NCBI GenBank assembly: GCA_009693045.1
Contig: SHXZ01000003.1
Location: 128,958-192,957, forward strand
Reading direction: 5' to 3'
Length of the DNA stretch: 64,000 bases
From: Dehalococcoidia bacterium
GTDB taxonomy: Bacteria > Chloroflexota > Dehalococcoidia > Lucifugimonadales > SHYT01
Part shown: positions 28,621 to 38,569 of the stretch, piece by piece
Position numbering within the stretch: position 1 is the first letter of the stretch
Layout of the letters: each line of letters begins with the position of its first letter
Notes under the pieces: model-generated
The model's database searches: none
Told to the model about the DNA's origin: nothing
What the model saw: the letters and a program-made list of their open reading frames with translations, nothing else
Program-made: the position numbers and the translations under genes

Positions 28621-30102
28621 ATCGCGGCACAACTGCTCATCTTCGCCCGGCTCGCCATTGGCGCCATCCTCGCGAGTGCGGTTGCCGTGGCGTGCGCCCA
28701 GAACGTGAGCGCGCCGCCTGCTCCCTTCAGCCCCACTCCCACCAGCGATGAGCCCCAGTCCATGCTCCCCGCGTCGACATCGCCGGTGTCTCCGCCGGCG
28801 CAAACCTCAACGCCTCAGCCCACAGCACCCGCCACTTCATCGCCCGTGGCACAGGGGGTGCCTCCTCCAACGCAGCTTCCACCTCCCACCCCCCGGCCAA
28901 TCGCCTGGCCCACGGATGTTGGCACTTCCCACTTCGGCATTATGGGCTACCAAGGAGAGCCGGTGGGGTTCAAGGGTGCTTGGGTCCGTCCACATCCCGG
29001 GCCGTTTGTGTGGAATACCGTGGAGCCAACACCCGGCCGGTACGACTGGTCAAACGTTGACTCCCAGGTGCGCTCGTGGCAACGTCAGCGTGTGGCGATC
29101 CTGGCCACCATCTGGCCGTTCGCCGGATGGGACCAGCAGGCGTGCCACGCCAACCAGCCCCCGGCTCCGGGCATCGTTTTCCGCGGAATGCCCAACCGCC
29201 TCTACGCGCCCTGCGACCAGCAGGCGTACACCGCCTGGCTCAAAGCTCTTGTTGACCGGTACAACGGCGACGGCGTCAACGACATGCCGGGCCTTCAGTA
29301 CCCCATTCGCCACTGGGAAGTCGCCAACGAGCCAGAACTACAAGGACCGCCACAAAGCGACATGACCTTCTTCCAGGAAGGACCGGACGTGTACCTCAAG
29401 CTGCTCCAGCTCTCCTACGGCACCATCAAGGCCACAGACCCCAACGCCGTCGTGCTGCCTGCAGGCCAGGCCGGCATGCTCCAGCACCACACCGACTACT
29501 GGGCGCCAGTGCTGAGAGGTGCGCTCGGCTTGCTTGATCTTGGGAACATCCACTCTATCGGCGGATCAGAAGTCTTCTACGGGCCACAGTACCGCAGTTG
29601 GCTGGACCAGCTCGGCTTCACCAGCCTTCCGTTCTGGATTACAGAGGCCCTCGCCATCAAATTCGCGTCGCCGGGCCAGCCGCCTGTCAGCGACGACCGG
29701 CAGGCCCAGAGCATTGTCACCGGCTACGCCACTGACTTTGCGAATGGAGCGGAAGTGATTTTCAACATCGGGGCTGGCGGAGGAGGACAGTCCGGCGGGT
29801 CAAGCGTGGCGGCGGAGATCACCTTCAATCTGATGGCGGCCATCGTGGGCGATTTCGCCACCGCCCAGGCGATCAATCCCACCGCGGTGCAGTTCACCAT
29901 GCGCGACGGCTCAACGGTCTATGCGCTATGGAACGACGCCCGCCTCCCCAGCAGCGTCACCGGCACCGTGACCGTTACCACGCATAGAGGAGCAACTTCC
30001 CAGACCAACGCTGCCGCTGTGACCGCCGCCATGCCGATCCTGGTCCAAGCCGGGGCTATCACCGCTGTCCCGGTCGGTTCCAAGTCAACTATCGGACCTT
30101 AA
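28621..30102 (+). CDS. lipoprotein glycoside hydrolase (clan GH-A-like) with Pro/Thr linker
   Basis: lipobox AVAVAC, WEVANEPE acid/base, FWITE nucleophile; start uncertain (ATC 28621, CTG 28633 or GTG 28687). Confidence 0.75.
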   Translation: MAAQLLIFARLAIGAILASAVAVACAQNVSAPPAPFSPTPTSDEPQSMLPASTSPVSPPAQTSTPQPTAPATSSPVAQGVPPPTQLPPPTPRPIAWPTDVGTSHFGIMGYQGEPVGFKGAWVRPHPGPFVWNTVEPTPGRYDWSNVDSQVRSWQRQRVAILATIWPFAGWDQQACHANQPPAPGIVFRGMPNRLYAPCDQQAYTAWLKALVDRYNGDGVNDMPGLQYPIRHWEVANEPELQGPPQSDMTFFQEGPDVYLKLLQLSYGTIKATDPNAVVLPAGQAGMLQHHTDYWAPVLRGALGLLDLGNIHSIGGSEVFYGPQYRSWLDQLGFTSLPFWITEALAIKFASPGQPPVSDDRQAQSIVTGYATDFANGAEVIFNIGAGGGGQSGGSSVAAEITFNLMAAIVGDFATAQAINPTAVQFTMRDGSTVYALWNDARLPSSVTGTVTVTTHRGATSQTNAAAVTAAMPILVQAGAITAVPVGSKSTIGP

Positions 30103-30893
30103 CCCACCGCCTCGTTGCCCGCCTCCGCCTCCAGTAGCGCCAGGCCTGGCAGTAAGCCAAGCAGCGGCTCCGGGTGCCGCCGTCGCAGCCACTGCAGCGC
30201 CTTCCGGGTATCGCTCGCGACCTTCGTCTTCTCGCTCTCGTTCACCCGCAATTTGAACAGCCAGTACGTGAACGCCTTGGACTCCACCGCGTCGCCCGGG
30301 CTCACCTCGAACCCGCTCCGTTGCTCGCGGAAGGTCTGGAGCAACTGCCCTTGCTTCGCCCCATAGATGCGCATGAATGCCGCGTCGGTGACCCCTGCCT
30401 GCGACCTCATTCCTACCCCCATCCGCTCTTTACGCACTTCATCCCGCACCGCCGCCTGGAGCGCCCCCTCCAACGCCACGCCGTACCAGTAGTTGAGTAG
30501 CCCCTTCACCTTGGCCGTGCCGAGCAATGTCCGCAGGTCCTCCTCAGCGATCTCCAAGGGGAAGCGCCCGCGGAGGCTGAACTGCCTCCACTCCGTCTGG
30601 GGTACCAGGTCGGCCACCTCGTGCCCGAGGCGTTCGGCCAGCGCCATCAGGTCAAACGCCTCGTTCTCCACCAGGTACTGGCGACGGCGGCCCTGGAACA
30701 TCTCACTGGGCGACGTCCACATTCCCAGCGCCTCCAACAGCACCACCGGCCACGGCCTGTCGACGACAAGCCCGGCGCGTAAGTGGTCCAGCGCCTCCAG
30801 GCTCTCCGGCGTCAGGTCAGGGTCACGCTCCGGCGCTGTGGCGCGAGTCCGTCGCCTTTTGTTGGTATTCGCTCGGGGCTCTCCGGTCTTCAA
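30099..30893 (-). CDS. conserved hypothetical protein
   Basis: long ORF coupled to polX; LNYWYGV and FTYWLFK aromatic motifs. Confidence 0.75.
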   Translation of the reverse strand: MKTGEPRANTNKRRRTRATAPERDPDLTPESLEALDHLRAGLVVDRPWPVVLLEALGMWTSPSEMFQGRRRQYLVENEAFDLMALAERLGHEVADLVPQTEWRQFSLRGRFPLEIAEEDLRTLLGTAKVKGLLNYWYGVALEGALQAAVRDEVRKERMGVGMRSQAGVTDAAFMRIYGAKQGQLLQTFREQRSGFEVSPGDAVESKAFTYWLFKLRVNESEKTKVASDTRKALQWLRRRHPEPLLGLLPGLALLEAEAGNEAVG

Positions 30894-32701
30894 ACTCGTT
30901 TCCTACAAGTGCGTAAGTTCTTTGAGGCAACGCTGCAAACCCCTTTCTTGCAAGAAAGGGGTTTGCAGCGTTGCCTACTCCGCTTCAGCCACGCCATGAA
31001 CTCACCCAGCGGCCTCGTGTTCATTATATGCCTCGCCTCGCACCACCCGCGCCGCGCCGTCGTCACGCCGAAGCGCATCACGTCCAGCCCCTCCGTGCTG
31101 TGCGCGTCGCTGTCAATCACCATCGGCGCGCCCACTTCCCGCGCCCGCGCCACGTGCGCGTCCCTCAGGTCCAGCCGATCCGGCGAGGCGTTGGCCTCCA
31201 GCGCCACGCCCGTCCGCGCGGCCTCCTGGAACAGCGCCTCCATGTCCACCTCAACCGGCGGTCGCTCACCGATGAGCCGCGTCGTCGGATGGCCGATCGC
31301 CGTGACGTGCGGGTTGCGCATTGCCTTGATGATACGGCGCGTCATCGTCTCGCGGTCCTGGCCCATCGCCGAGTGCACCGACGCGATGACCACGTCCAGC
31401 TCCGCGAGCACGTCGTCCGGAAAGTCTAGCGTCCCGTCCGCCCGGATATCAACCTCCGAGCCGTGCATGACTCGTATGCCAAGATGCTGCTCCGCCTGGC
31501 GGACAAGCTTCCGTTGCTCCCGCAGCCGCTCCGGCGACAGCCCGTTGGCGATGCCGCGCCCCACCGAGCGGTCGGTCAGCGTCACGTATTCGTACCCTTT
31601 GGCCTTCGCCGCCGCCAGCATCGCCTCCAGCGGGTCGCGCCCGTCGCTCCAGTCCGAGTGCACGTGCAGGTCGCCCTTCAGGTCCGCCACCTCCACCAGC
31701 GTCGGCAGCTTGCCCGACAGCGCCGCCTCCAGCTCCACCCCGCCCTGCCGCACCTCCGGCGGGATCAGCGGCAGGCCCAGACGCGCGTAGAACGCCTCCT
31801 CGGTCGCGATCGGCTCCAGCCGCCCCGTCTTCAGGCCCGTGATGCCGAACTCGTTCAGCGAGAGGCCCCTCCGCCGCGCGTACTCCCGCAGCAAGACGTT
31901 ATGCTCCTTGCTGCCTGTGAAGTACTGGAGCATCGCCCCGAAGCTCTCCGGCTCCACGACCCGCAGGTCAATCTGCAACCCGCCGCTCACGATGACGCTG
32001 GCCTTCTTCTCGCCATGTCCGAGCACCTCTACCACCTGCAGCAGCGTGGCGAACGCGTCCAGCACCTGCTGCCCGTCCCGCCCCAGCGCGATGATGTCTA
32101 TGTCGCCCACCGTCTCCCGCCAGCGCCGCATGCTCCCCACGGGCGCCGCGTCCATCAGGCCGGGGCAGCGCTGCCGCAGCGCCGACACCACCTGCTCCGC
32201 GATGGGCAACGCCTTGCCCAGGGGGATGCGCCGCTCCTTCGTCCCCAGCGTCCGGATGTGCCGCAGGATGTTGTCCGCCGCCTTCTGCCCAAGCCGAAGG
32301 AGCTCCGCCATGCGCCCCTGCACGATGGCCTGCTCCAGCTCCTGCGCCGAGGACACGCCAAGCTCTGTCACGAGCCGGTGTGCCGTCTTCGGCCCCACGC
32401 CGGGGATGTCCATCAGCGCCAGCACGCCCTCCGGGGACTCCGCCTTCATCCGCTCGTACGTGTCCATCTTGCCGGTCGTGACCAGCTCGGTGATCTTGTT
32501 GGCAATCTCCTTGCCCACGCCTGGGATCGCCTTCAAGTCGCGCCCGTCCCGCACCCATTGCTCCAGCGGCTCCGACCGCTGCTCAATGCTGCGCGCGGCG
32601 CGCTGATACGCGCGCACCTTGAACACCACCTCCCCCTTCAGCTCGGAGAGGTCGGCCAGCCGCTCAAGCACATTGGCGATGTCGTCGTTGGAGAACGGCA
32701 T
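30890..32701 (-). CDS. polX: DNA polymerase/3'-5' exonuclease PolX
   Basis: FKVRAY, GSMRR..ETVGDIDI, QIDLR, YFTGSKEHN, PHP domain DLHVHS. Confidence 0.95.
   Translation of the reverse strand: MPFSNDDIANVLERLADLSELKGEVVFKVRAYQRAARSIEQRSEPLEQWVRDGRDLKAIPGVGKEIANKITELVTTGKMDTYERMKAESPEGVLALMDIPGVGPKTAHRLVTELGVSSAQELEQAIVQGRMAELLRLGQKAADNILRHIRTLGTKERRIPLGKALPIAEQVVSALRQRCPGLMDAAPVGSMRRWRETVGDIDIIALGRDGQQVLDAFATLLQVVEVLGHGEKKASVIVSGGLQIDLRVVEPESFGAMLQYFTGSKEHNVLLREYARRRGLSLNEFGITGLKTGRLEPIATEEAFYARLGLPLIPPEVRQGGVELEAALSGKLPTLVEVADLKGDLHVHSDWSDGRDPLEAMLAAAKAKGYEYVTLTDRSVGRGIANGLSPERLREQRKLVRQAEQHLGIRVMHGSEVDIRADGTLDFPDDVLAELDVVIASVHSAMGQDRETMTRRIIKAMRNPHVTAIGHPTTRLIGERPPVEVDMEALFQEAARTGVALEANASPDRLDLRDAHVARAREVGAPMVIDSDAHSTEGLDVMRFGVTTARRGWCEARHIMNTRPLGEFMAWLKRSRQRCKPLSCKKGVCSVASKNLRTCRKRV
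30925..30976. repeat. 52-bp perfect palindrome inside the polX 3' end
   Basis: AGGCAACGCTGCAAACCCCTTTCTTG|CAAGAAAGGGGTTTGCAGCGTTGCCT; relatives near 35497 and 53152. Confidence 0.9.
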
Positions 32702-32706
32702 GAGCG

Positions 32707-33102
32707 TTACCTGTACACCTGATAGTCCACTTCAGGCCCCATCACTCGTGCAATCGCTTTATCCGCCGTGAGGACTATTTCACCACGCTCGGCAGCTGTC
32801 GCCGCGATGAGTGCATCCCCAAAGTATCTTCGGCGCTCGCCTGCGCTCCTGTTCCTAAGGAGTTCTCCCGCACGCCGCGCCGTCCGCGAGTCCAATGGCG
32901 CAAACTCGCATCTCCTCAGCAAAGCCAGAACAATAAGCTCTTCCTGTTCCCTCATCGCTCCTATCCACAGTTCCGCTTCAGTGATGGGCGAATACGAAGC
33001 GACGATTTCACCTCGCCGTATTTGTTCAACCAAAGATACCGCACTGGGTTCGTCCCTCAGGTAGTAAATAATTGAGGTAGTGTCAAGCAAAAACGTGCTC
33101 AT
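32707..33102 (-). CDS. PIN-domain (VapC) toxin
   Basis: FLLDTT, SPITEAEL, GDALIAATA, VLTAD. Confidence 0.9.
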   Translation of the reverse strand: MSTFLLDTTSIIYYLRDEPSAVSLVEQIRRGEIVASYSPITEAELWIGAMREQEELIVLALLRRCEFAPLDSRTARRAGELLRNRSAGERRRYFGDALIAATAAERGEIVLTADKAIARVMGPEVDYQVYR

Positions 33103-33345
33103 CGCTTTGGCAGCTTGCGACCTTCTCTCAATCGCCGTACCCACGCCACGGGGTCTTTCATGTCCTCACGGCTGGCCCACCCCCCCCCTACCCTCAACAA
33201 TGAGCGCGTCAATCTTCTCCTGCGTCAGCGTGTCTAAGTCCTCCGGGGTACGCGCAGGCTGCGCCAGCAGCTTCTTGACCCGCGGCGACTTCCAGACCCA
33301 CGACGTGTCCTGCTCTCTGGTCTTCGCCTTCTTCGCCTGAGCCAT
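33099..33345 (-). pseudogene. VapB-like antitoxin frameshifted in a G9 tract
   Basis: with G8 the ORF reads ...EGRGGWASREDMKDPVAWVRRLREGRKLPKR* and ends in an ATGA overlap with vapC. Confidence 0.75.
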
Positions 33346-33390
33346 CTTTGCTTGTCACCCCAGCTAAGCTACCGCCCTGCCCTCAACGTA

Positions 33391-34164
33391 CTACGAAGAA
33401 AGCCGCCCGTAGTGCATCTCCGTCACGTACTCAAACACAACGGTCCCGCCCCGCTCGTGCTCCCGAAAAATGCGCCCCAGTTCCCGCACCATCGCCTCCG
33501 CCTTCTCTCCCTGATTCGGCACGAACGACGACGAGAGCAGCCGCCCCTTCAGACCCTCGTAGTCCAGCGTCTGAGCATTCTTGAACGTCTTCAGCCGGCA
33601 CCCCTGCGGCCCGTAAAAAGCGTTGTACGCCTCTTGGCTGATGTTCTCGTGGCGCACCTGAAGATAGTCCGTCCCATACGTCTCCAGCAACCGCTCATAC
33701 GCCTGAACGAGAGGACTGGCGATGTCGCGCGTGTTAAACAAGATCGCTGTCCATCCGCCAGGCCTGAGGATTCGCGCGAACTCCTCTCTGGCCTTCTGCT
33801 GGTCAAACCAGTGGAACGCCTGCCCCACCGTCACGAGATTGACGCTCTTGTCCGCGAGAGCCGTGGCCTCCGCTGACCCCTTGACCGCGCGAAACGCCGC
33901 TTGTCCCTGCAGAAGCTTCTCCGACGCCTCCCGCATCTCGTCGTTCGGCTCCACGCCGTACACCTGGTTGCCGTTCTTGAGGAACAGCTCCGACAGCAGC
34001 CCCGTCCCCGACCCCACGTCCGCCACCACCCACTCCGGCCTCATGCCACACTCCGCGCGCAGCGCATCCATGACCTGGGCTGGGTAGCCAGGACGCGACC
34101 GGATGTAGGTCTCAACGCGACCCGAGAATCGTTGGGCGGTAGGGTTCCCCGCGCTACTGGTCAT
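33391..34164 (-). CDS. class I SAM-dependent methyltransferase
   Basis: RFS...Y..SRPGYP, VADVGSGTG, VEPN, GQAFHWFD. Confidence 0.9.
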   Translation of the reverse strand: MTSSAGNPTAQRFSGRVETYIRSRPGYPAQVMDALRAECGMRPEWVVADVGSGTGLLSELFLKNGNQVYGVEPNDEMREASEKLLQGQAAFRAVKGSAEATALADKSVNLVTVGQAFHWFDQQKAREEFARILRPGGWTAILFNTRDIASPLVQAYERLLETYGTDYLQVRHENISQEAYNAFYGPQGCRLKTFKNAQTLDYEGLKGRLLSSSFVPNQGEKAEAMVRELGRIFREHERGGTVVFEYVTEMHYGRLSS

Positions 34165-34231
34165 CGTCTCTCCAATGCTCAAGCCCAGCTCGAAAATCTA
34201 GCCTAGCCGGTCTCCCGTTCCACCGCTCACA

Positions 34232-34858
34232 TCAACGCGAACCCGCAGCCGCTCTCGCCGCTTTCGGCACCACCATTTTATGCGCCGTGTGCGTCTCAGA
34301 AAAAGCGGCCACCTTCACGTTCACCAGGCCTGCCGCGCGGCCCGAGGTCAGCACGTCTACTTCGCGGACCTCCGTGCTTCCCTTTTGCGCCACTATCCAG
34401 ATGGCCCCCGCCTTCTTAATCGCCTTGCCGAGCGACTCCAGCCACTCCAAGCCTTCCCGCTCGTCCGTCTCAAAAAACACCAGGTCCAACTCAGCGCCCG
34501 GCTTGCACTCCGATAGCTTGGGCACTCGTTCACCAAGCTGCGCCAAAAAGTCCCCGTCCTGCACACCCACAACGGCTATGCTCATCCCCGGCTTCACTCC
34601 CAGCTTATCCAGCAGCCCCCTTGGGTTCTTGATCTTCTCCGCCCACGTCTTGGCCTTGGGCCCAAGCGCCAGCACCACCTCGCCGCCTGTGTGCGTTATG
34701 ACAAGCTCACCGTCCCGCGCTTCCACCGACGTGATGCTGCTGAACGGCACCTTGAGCCGCACCGGCGCTCGGACGATCAGCTCGCTCTTCTCCAGCAGAG
34801 CCTTCGCCTCGACCGCCTTGCCGTTCACCCTGACCGTGCAGACCGTCTCAAGCCCCAT
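34232..34858 (-). CDS. DUF3052-like protein with N-terminal beta domain
   Basis: LLDKLGVKPG, GAIWI..KG, AGLVNVKVAAFSETHTA. Confidence 0.75.
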   Translation of the reverse strand: MGLETVCTVRVNGKAVEAKALLEKSELIVRAPVRLKVPFSSITSVEARDGELVITHTGGEVVLALGPKAKTWAEKIKNPRGLLDKLGVKPGMSIAVVGVQDGDFLAQLGERVPKLSECKPGAELDLVFFETDEREGLEWLESLGKAIKKAGAIWIVAQKGSTEVREVDVLTSGRAAGLVNVKVAAFSETHTAHKMVVPKAARAAAGSR

Positions 34859-34956
34859 ATTTTTCTCTCGTGTTCCTCATCCGAAACCAGGTCGCTGTGC
34901 CTCTGACATCTCCCCTCTCCATTGTATGGAGAGGGGTTGGGCGTGAGGTCTCCCCC

Positions 34957-35425
34957 CTACGCCCGGCCAAACCGCTTCGCCCACAGCGCCGCGCCCGTCC
35001 CCACCCCCGCGAACACCGCCGTCCCGCGATGGAACTTCACGTCCACGTCGCCGCCCTTCGCCTCCGCCCTCGTCACCTTCGCCACCGGTATTTCCCAGCG
35101 AGTACTCCTCGCTCCGGAAGGTCGTCTGCTCCCCGTCCGCGATGAGGTCACCGGGAATCTCCTTGCCGTCAAACCGCAGCGTCGCCCGAACGCGCAACCC
35201 TCGGGCCCACTCGTGCTGGACCGCCACCGACTGCGCCCACCAGCCGCTGAGCCCCTGCCCTTTCCCTAGCCACAGGCCCGTGGCCTTGTGGCTGTGCCAC
35301 TCCGCCCCGAACTGATCCAGGATGCGGAACCACTTCTCCCATCACTTTCCCGTTGCCTTCTCCACCGCCTCGTCCCCGATGCGCTGCTGCTCCTTGGCCG
35401 CCGGGCGCTTCGTCTTCTGCTGCAT
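34957..35425 (-). pseudogene. DUF4287-like domain fused to a beta domain; in-frame TGA and frameshift
   Basis: MQQKTK...DEAVEKATGK*WEKWFRILD...GLSGWWAQSVAV..WARGLR; +1 shift near 35100. Confidence 0.7.
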
Positions 35426-35534
35426 CGCCACCCACTCCGCTGTTCACTCCTCGCCTTCTCTTCCCCCAAGCAATAAAAATGTTCTGGAAAGGGACTGGGG
35501 AAACCTCTTGCAAGAGGTTTCCCCAGCGCGTAGC

Positions 35535-38279
35535 TCACGCCCCGGTCCCGTGGCACCGCTTGTACTTCTGGCCGCTGCCGCACGGGCACGGATCGTTCCG
35601 TCCAACCTTCTCGCCAGCCCGCGCCGGCTGCACCTGGCGGTTCGCCATCACCGCCGCCATCGGGCTCTGCTGCTTGGCGGTCGCGCGGACCGGAAGCGGC
35701 GCACGAACTGGCTGCGGCTGGCCCGCCGGCTGCGGCACCGAGGAGGCAGCAGGCTGCATTGCCAGCGAGGCGTGGTAGATCGTGTGCACAATGTCGCGCT
35801 GGATATTCTCTAAAAGCTGCTGGAAGCTCGCGTGGGCCTCCGTCCGATACGACACCAGCGGGTCCCGCTGGCCCGCCGACTGCAGGCCGATCCCCTGCCG
35901 CAGCGCCTCCATCGCCGTCAGGTGCGCCACCCAGTGGCTGTCAATCACCCGCAGCATCACCAGGCGCTCCAGGCCGCGCATGTTCTCCGCGCCCAGCGCC
36001 TCCTCACGTTCCTTATAAAAAGAACGCGCGTATCCTAACACGGCTTGCACGATTTCGTCTCGCGTCATCTCGGCAAGCCGGTCCGGTTGGAGTTCTTGCG
36101 GCAGCAGGAAGATCGTCTGCAGCTCAGCTACCAGGCCCTCGACATCCCAATCCTCTGAGTCCCGTCCGGCCAGCCGGACGTTCAACAACTCCTTCAGCTC
36201 CCGCTCCACCATGTCCTGGACGTTCGACTTCAGGTCGGCCTCACCGGTGATCTTCGCGCGCTCGGCGTAGATCACGTCCCGGTGCCGGTTCACCACGTCG
36301 TCGTATTCCACCAGGTACTTCCGGATCTCAAAGTTATAGGCCTCCACCTTGACCTGCGCCCCCTCCATGGCCCTGCTCACCATGGAGTTCTCCAGCGCCT
36401 CCTCCTCCTTGAAGCCCGCCCAGTTCATGATGCCCTTGATGCGGTCGCCGCCGAACCGGCGCATCAACTCATCGTCCAGCGCCACGTAGAAGCGCGACGC
36501 GCCTGGATCGCCCTGCCGACCGGTGCGGCCGCGGAGCTGGTTGTCAATGCGCCTTGCCTCGTGGCGCTCCGTGCCGACCACCAGCAGTCCGCCGAGCTTC
36601 ACCACCTGGTCGTGCTCTTCCTTCCAGCGGGCCGTCACCTCGTCGCGCACCCGTGCGAGCAACGCCGGCGGCGCGGTTTCTTCGGTGTGCCGCTCCTTCT
36701 TCAGCGCTTCCCGCAGCAGCCCGTCCGGGTTGCCGCCCAGAACGATGTCCGTGCCGCGGCCCGCCATGTTCGTCGCCACCGTCACCGCGCCGAGCCGCCC
36801 CGCCTGCGCCACGATGGTCGCCTCGCGGTCGTGCTGCTTAGCGTTCAGCACCTGGCACGGCACCCCCTCTCTCTTGAGCATATCGGTCAGCAACTCCGAC
36901 TTCTCAATGGAGGTCGTGCCGATCAGAATGGGCCGCCCCTTGGCGTGGTCATCCGTGATCTCCTTCGCCAACGCCTTCCACTTCCCCTTCTCCGTCGTGA
37001 AGATCAGGTCCGCTTGGTCTTCCCGGATCATCGGGTGGTGCGTCGGGATGGGAGCCACGTCCAGGCGGTAAATCTTCGCAAACTCCTCCGCCTCCGTCAT
37101 GGCCGTGCCGGTCATACCCGCCAGCTTCTTGTACATACGGAAGTAGTTCTGCAGCGTAATCGTGGCGTAGGTCACCGTCTCCTGCTGCACCTTCAAGCCC
37201 TCCTTCGCCTCAACCGCCTGGTGCAGCCCGTCCGACCACCTCCGCCCCTCCATCAAGCGCCCCGTGAACTCGTCCACGATGATGATTTTGCCGTCCTGGA
37301 CCACATACTCCTTGTCTTTGTGGTAGAGCGCCAGCGCCCTCAGGCCGTTCTCCATGTGGTGGACCAGCAGCATGTTCTCCGGCGCGTACATGTTCTGCAC
37401 GCCCAGCCAGCCCTCCATCTTGTCAATGCCAGGATCCAGCACGGTCACCGACTTGTGCTTTTCGTCCACCGTGAAGTCTTCGTCCTGCTTCAGCCGGGGC
37501 ACCAGCCGCGCCATGTTCGCATACACCTGAGTAGGCTCCTGCGCCGGCCCGCTGATGATGAGCGGCGTCCGCGCCTCGTCAATCAGGATGTAGTCCACCT
37601 CGTCCACGATCGCGTAGGCGAGCCGACGCTGCACCTGCTGCGACGCCTCCAGCACCATGTTGTCGCGCAGGTAGTCAAAACCGAACTCATGGTTGGTGCC
37701 GTAGGTGATGTCCGCGCGGTACCCCTCCTGCCGCGACACCGCCCGCAAGCGCCGCATGGACGGCTCGTCCGCGGTGACCGCCGGGTCATAGACGTACGCC
37801 GATTCGTGCTGCAAGCAGGCCACCGTCATGCCCAGCGCGTGATACACCGGCCCCATCCACTGCGCATCCCGCCTCGCCAGGTAGTCGTTCACGGTGACCA
37901 GGTGGGCGCCCTCGCCTGCGAGGGCGTTAACGAACAACGGCAGCGTGGCGACCAGCGTCTTGCCTTCGCCCGTCTTCATCTCCGCGATCTTGCCCTCGTG
38001 CAGCACCGCACCGCCGATGATCTGCACGTCGTAGTGCCGCAGCCCGATCGTCCGCCGCGACGCCTCGCGCACGCACGCGAAGGCCTCAGGCAAGAGGTCG
38101 TCCAGCTCTTCGCCCTTCGCCAGCCGCTCCCGGAGCTCGGCGGTCTTGCCGCTGAGCTGCTCGTCAGTCAGATTTTTGAGGTCATCCTCCCACTCCGCGA
38201 CCTCCGCCACCAGCTCCTTGTACTTGGTCAACGCCTTTTCCGGCGTGTTGGTGAACAGCTTTGTGAGGATGTTGACCAT
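35535..38279 (-). CDS. secA: preprotein translocase subunit SecA
   Basis: [50 protein letters not shown]. Confidence 0.98.
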   Translation of the reverse strand: MVNILTKLFTNTPEKALTKYKELVAEVAEWEDDLKNLTDEQLSGKTAELRERLAKGEELDDLLPEAFACVREASRRTIGLRHYDVQIIGGAVLHEGKIAEMKTGEGKTLVATLPLFVNALAGEGAHLVTVNDYLARRDAQWMGPVYHALGMTVACLQHESAYVYDPAVTADEPSMRRLRAVSRQEGYRADITYGTNHEFGFDYLRDNMVLEASQQVQRRLAYAIVDEVDYILIDEARTPLIISGPAQEPTQVYANMARLVPRLKQDEDFTVDEKHKSVTVLDPGIDKMEGWLGVQNMYAPENMLLVHHMENGLRALALYHKDKEYVVQDGKIIIVDEFTGRLMEGRRWSDGLHQAVEAKEGLKVQQETVTYATITLQNYFRMYKKLAGMTGTAMTEAEEFAKIYRLDVAPIPTHHPMIREDQADLIFTTEKGKWKALAKEITDDHAKGRPILIGTTSIEKSELLTDMLKREGVPCQVLNAKQHDREATIVAQAGRLGAVTVATNMAGRGTDIVLGGNPDGLLREALKKERHTEETAPPALLARVRDEVTARWKEEHDQVVKLGGLLVVGTERHEARRIDNQLRGRTGRQGDPGASRFYVALDDELMRRFGGDRIKGIMNWAGFKEEEALENSMVSRAMEGAQVKVEAYNFEIRKYLVEYDDVVNRHRDVIYAERAKITGEADLKSNVQDMVERELKELLNVRLAGRDSEDWDVEGLVAELQTIFLLPQELQPDRLAEMTRDEIVQAVLGYARSFYKEREEALGAENMRGLERLVMLRVIDSHWVAHLTAMEALRQGIGLQSAGQRDPLVSYRTEAHASFQQLLENIQRDIVHTIYHASLAMQPAASSVPQPAGQPQPVRAPLPVRATAKQQSPMAAVMANRQVQPARAGEKVGRNDPCPCGSGQKYKRCHGTGA

Positions 38280-38569
38280 ACGGCATCACCACTCTTGCTC
38301 ATAGTCTCTACAGCCCAGCCGCGCATCTTACACCAGGCTATCTCTAACTATACCACCACGCCGGAAACGCCCACCCATTCCGACTAGCTCGCCGTACTCT
38401 ATGAGCGCTCCTTTGCCCCACCCGCCTGTCGCTACCACGAGCGCCACCGACGGGTTGGCCTGCAACCTGTGGAAAACCAGGGTGCCCAGACCTCATCGGC
38501 CTGGGCACCCTGTCATCCTCACTTCGCCGCCTGTCGTCCCATCCCCATATCAGCGCACGCTAAAGCTCG

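Noticed and set aside
35342-35344. In-frame TGA as selenocysteine or recoding
   Set aside because: Not a Cys-type position; the same gene also has a frameshift, and TGA is used as a stop throughout the window.
36282-38387. Long antisense ORFs (e.g. 701 aa opposite secA, 506 aa opposite pnp, 419 aa opposite polX)
   Set aside because: Shadow frames of high-GC genes with no recognisable motifs.
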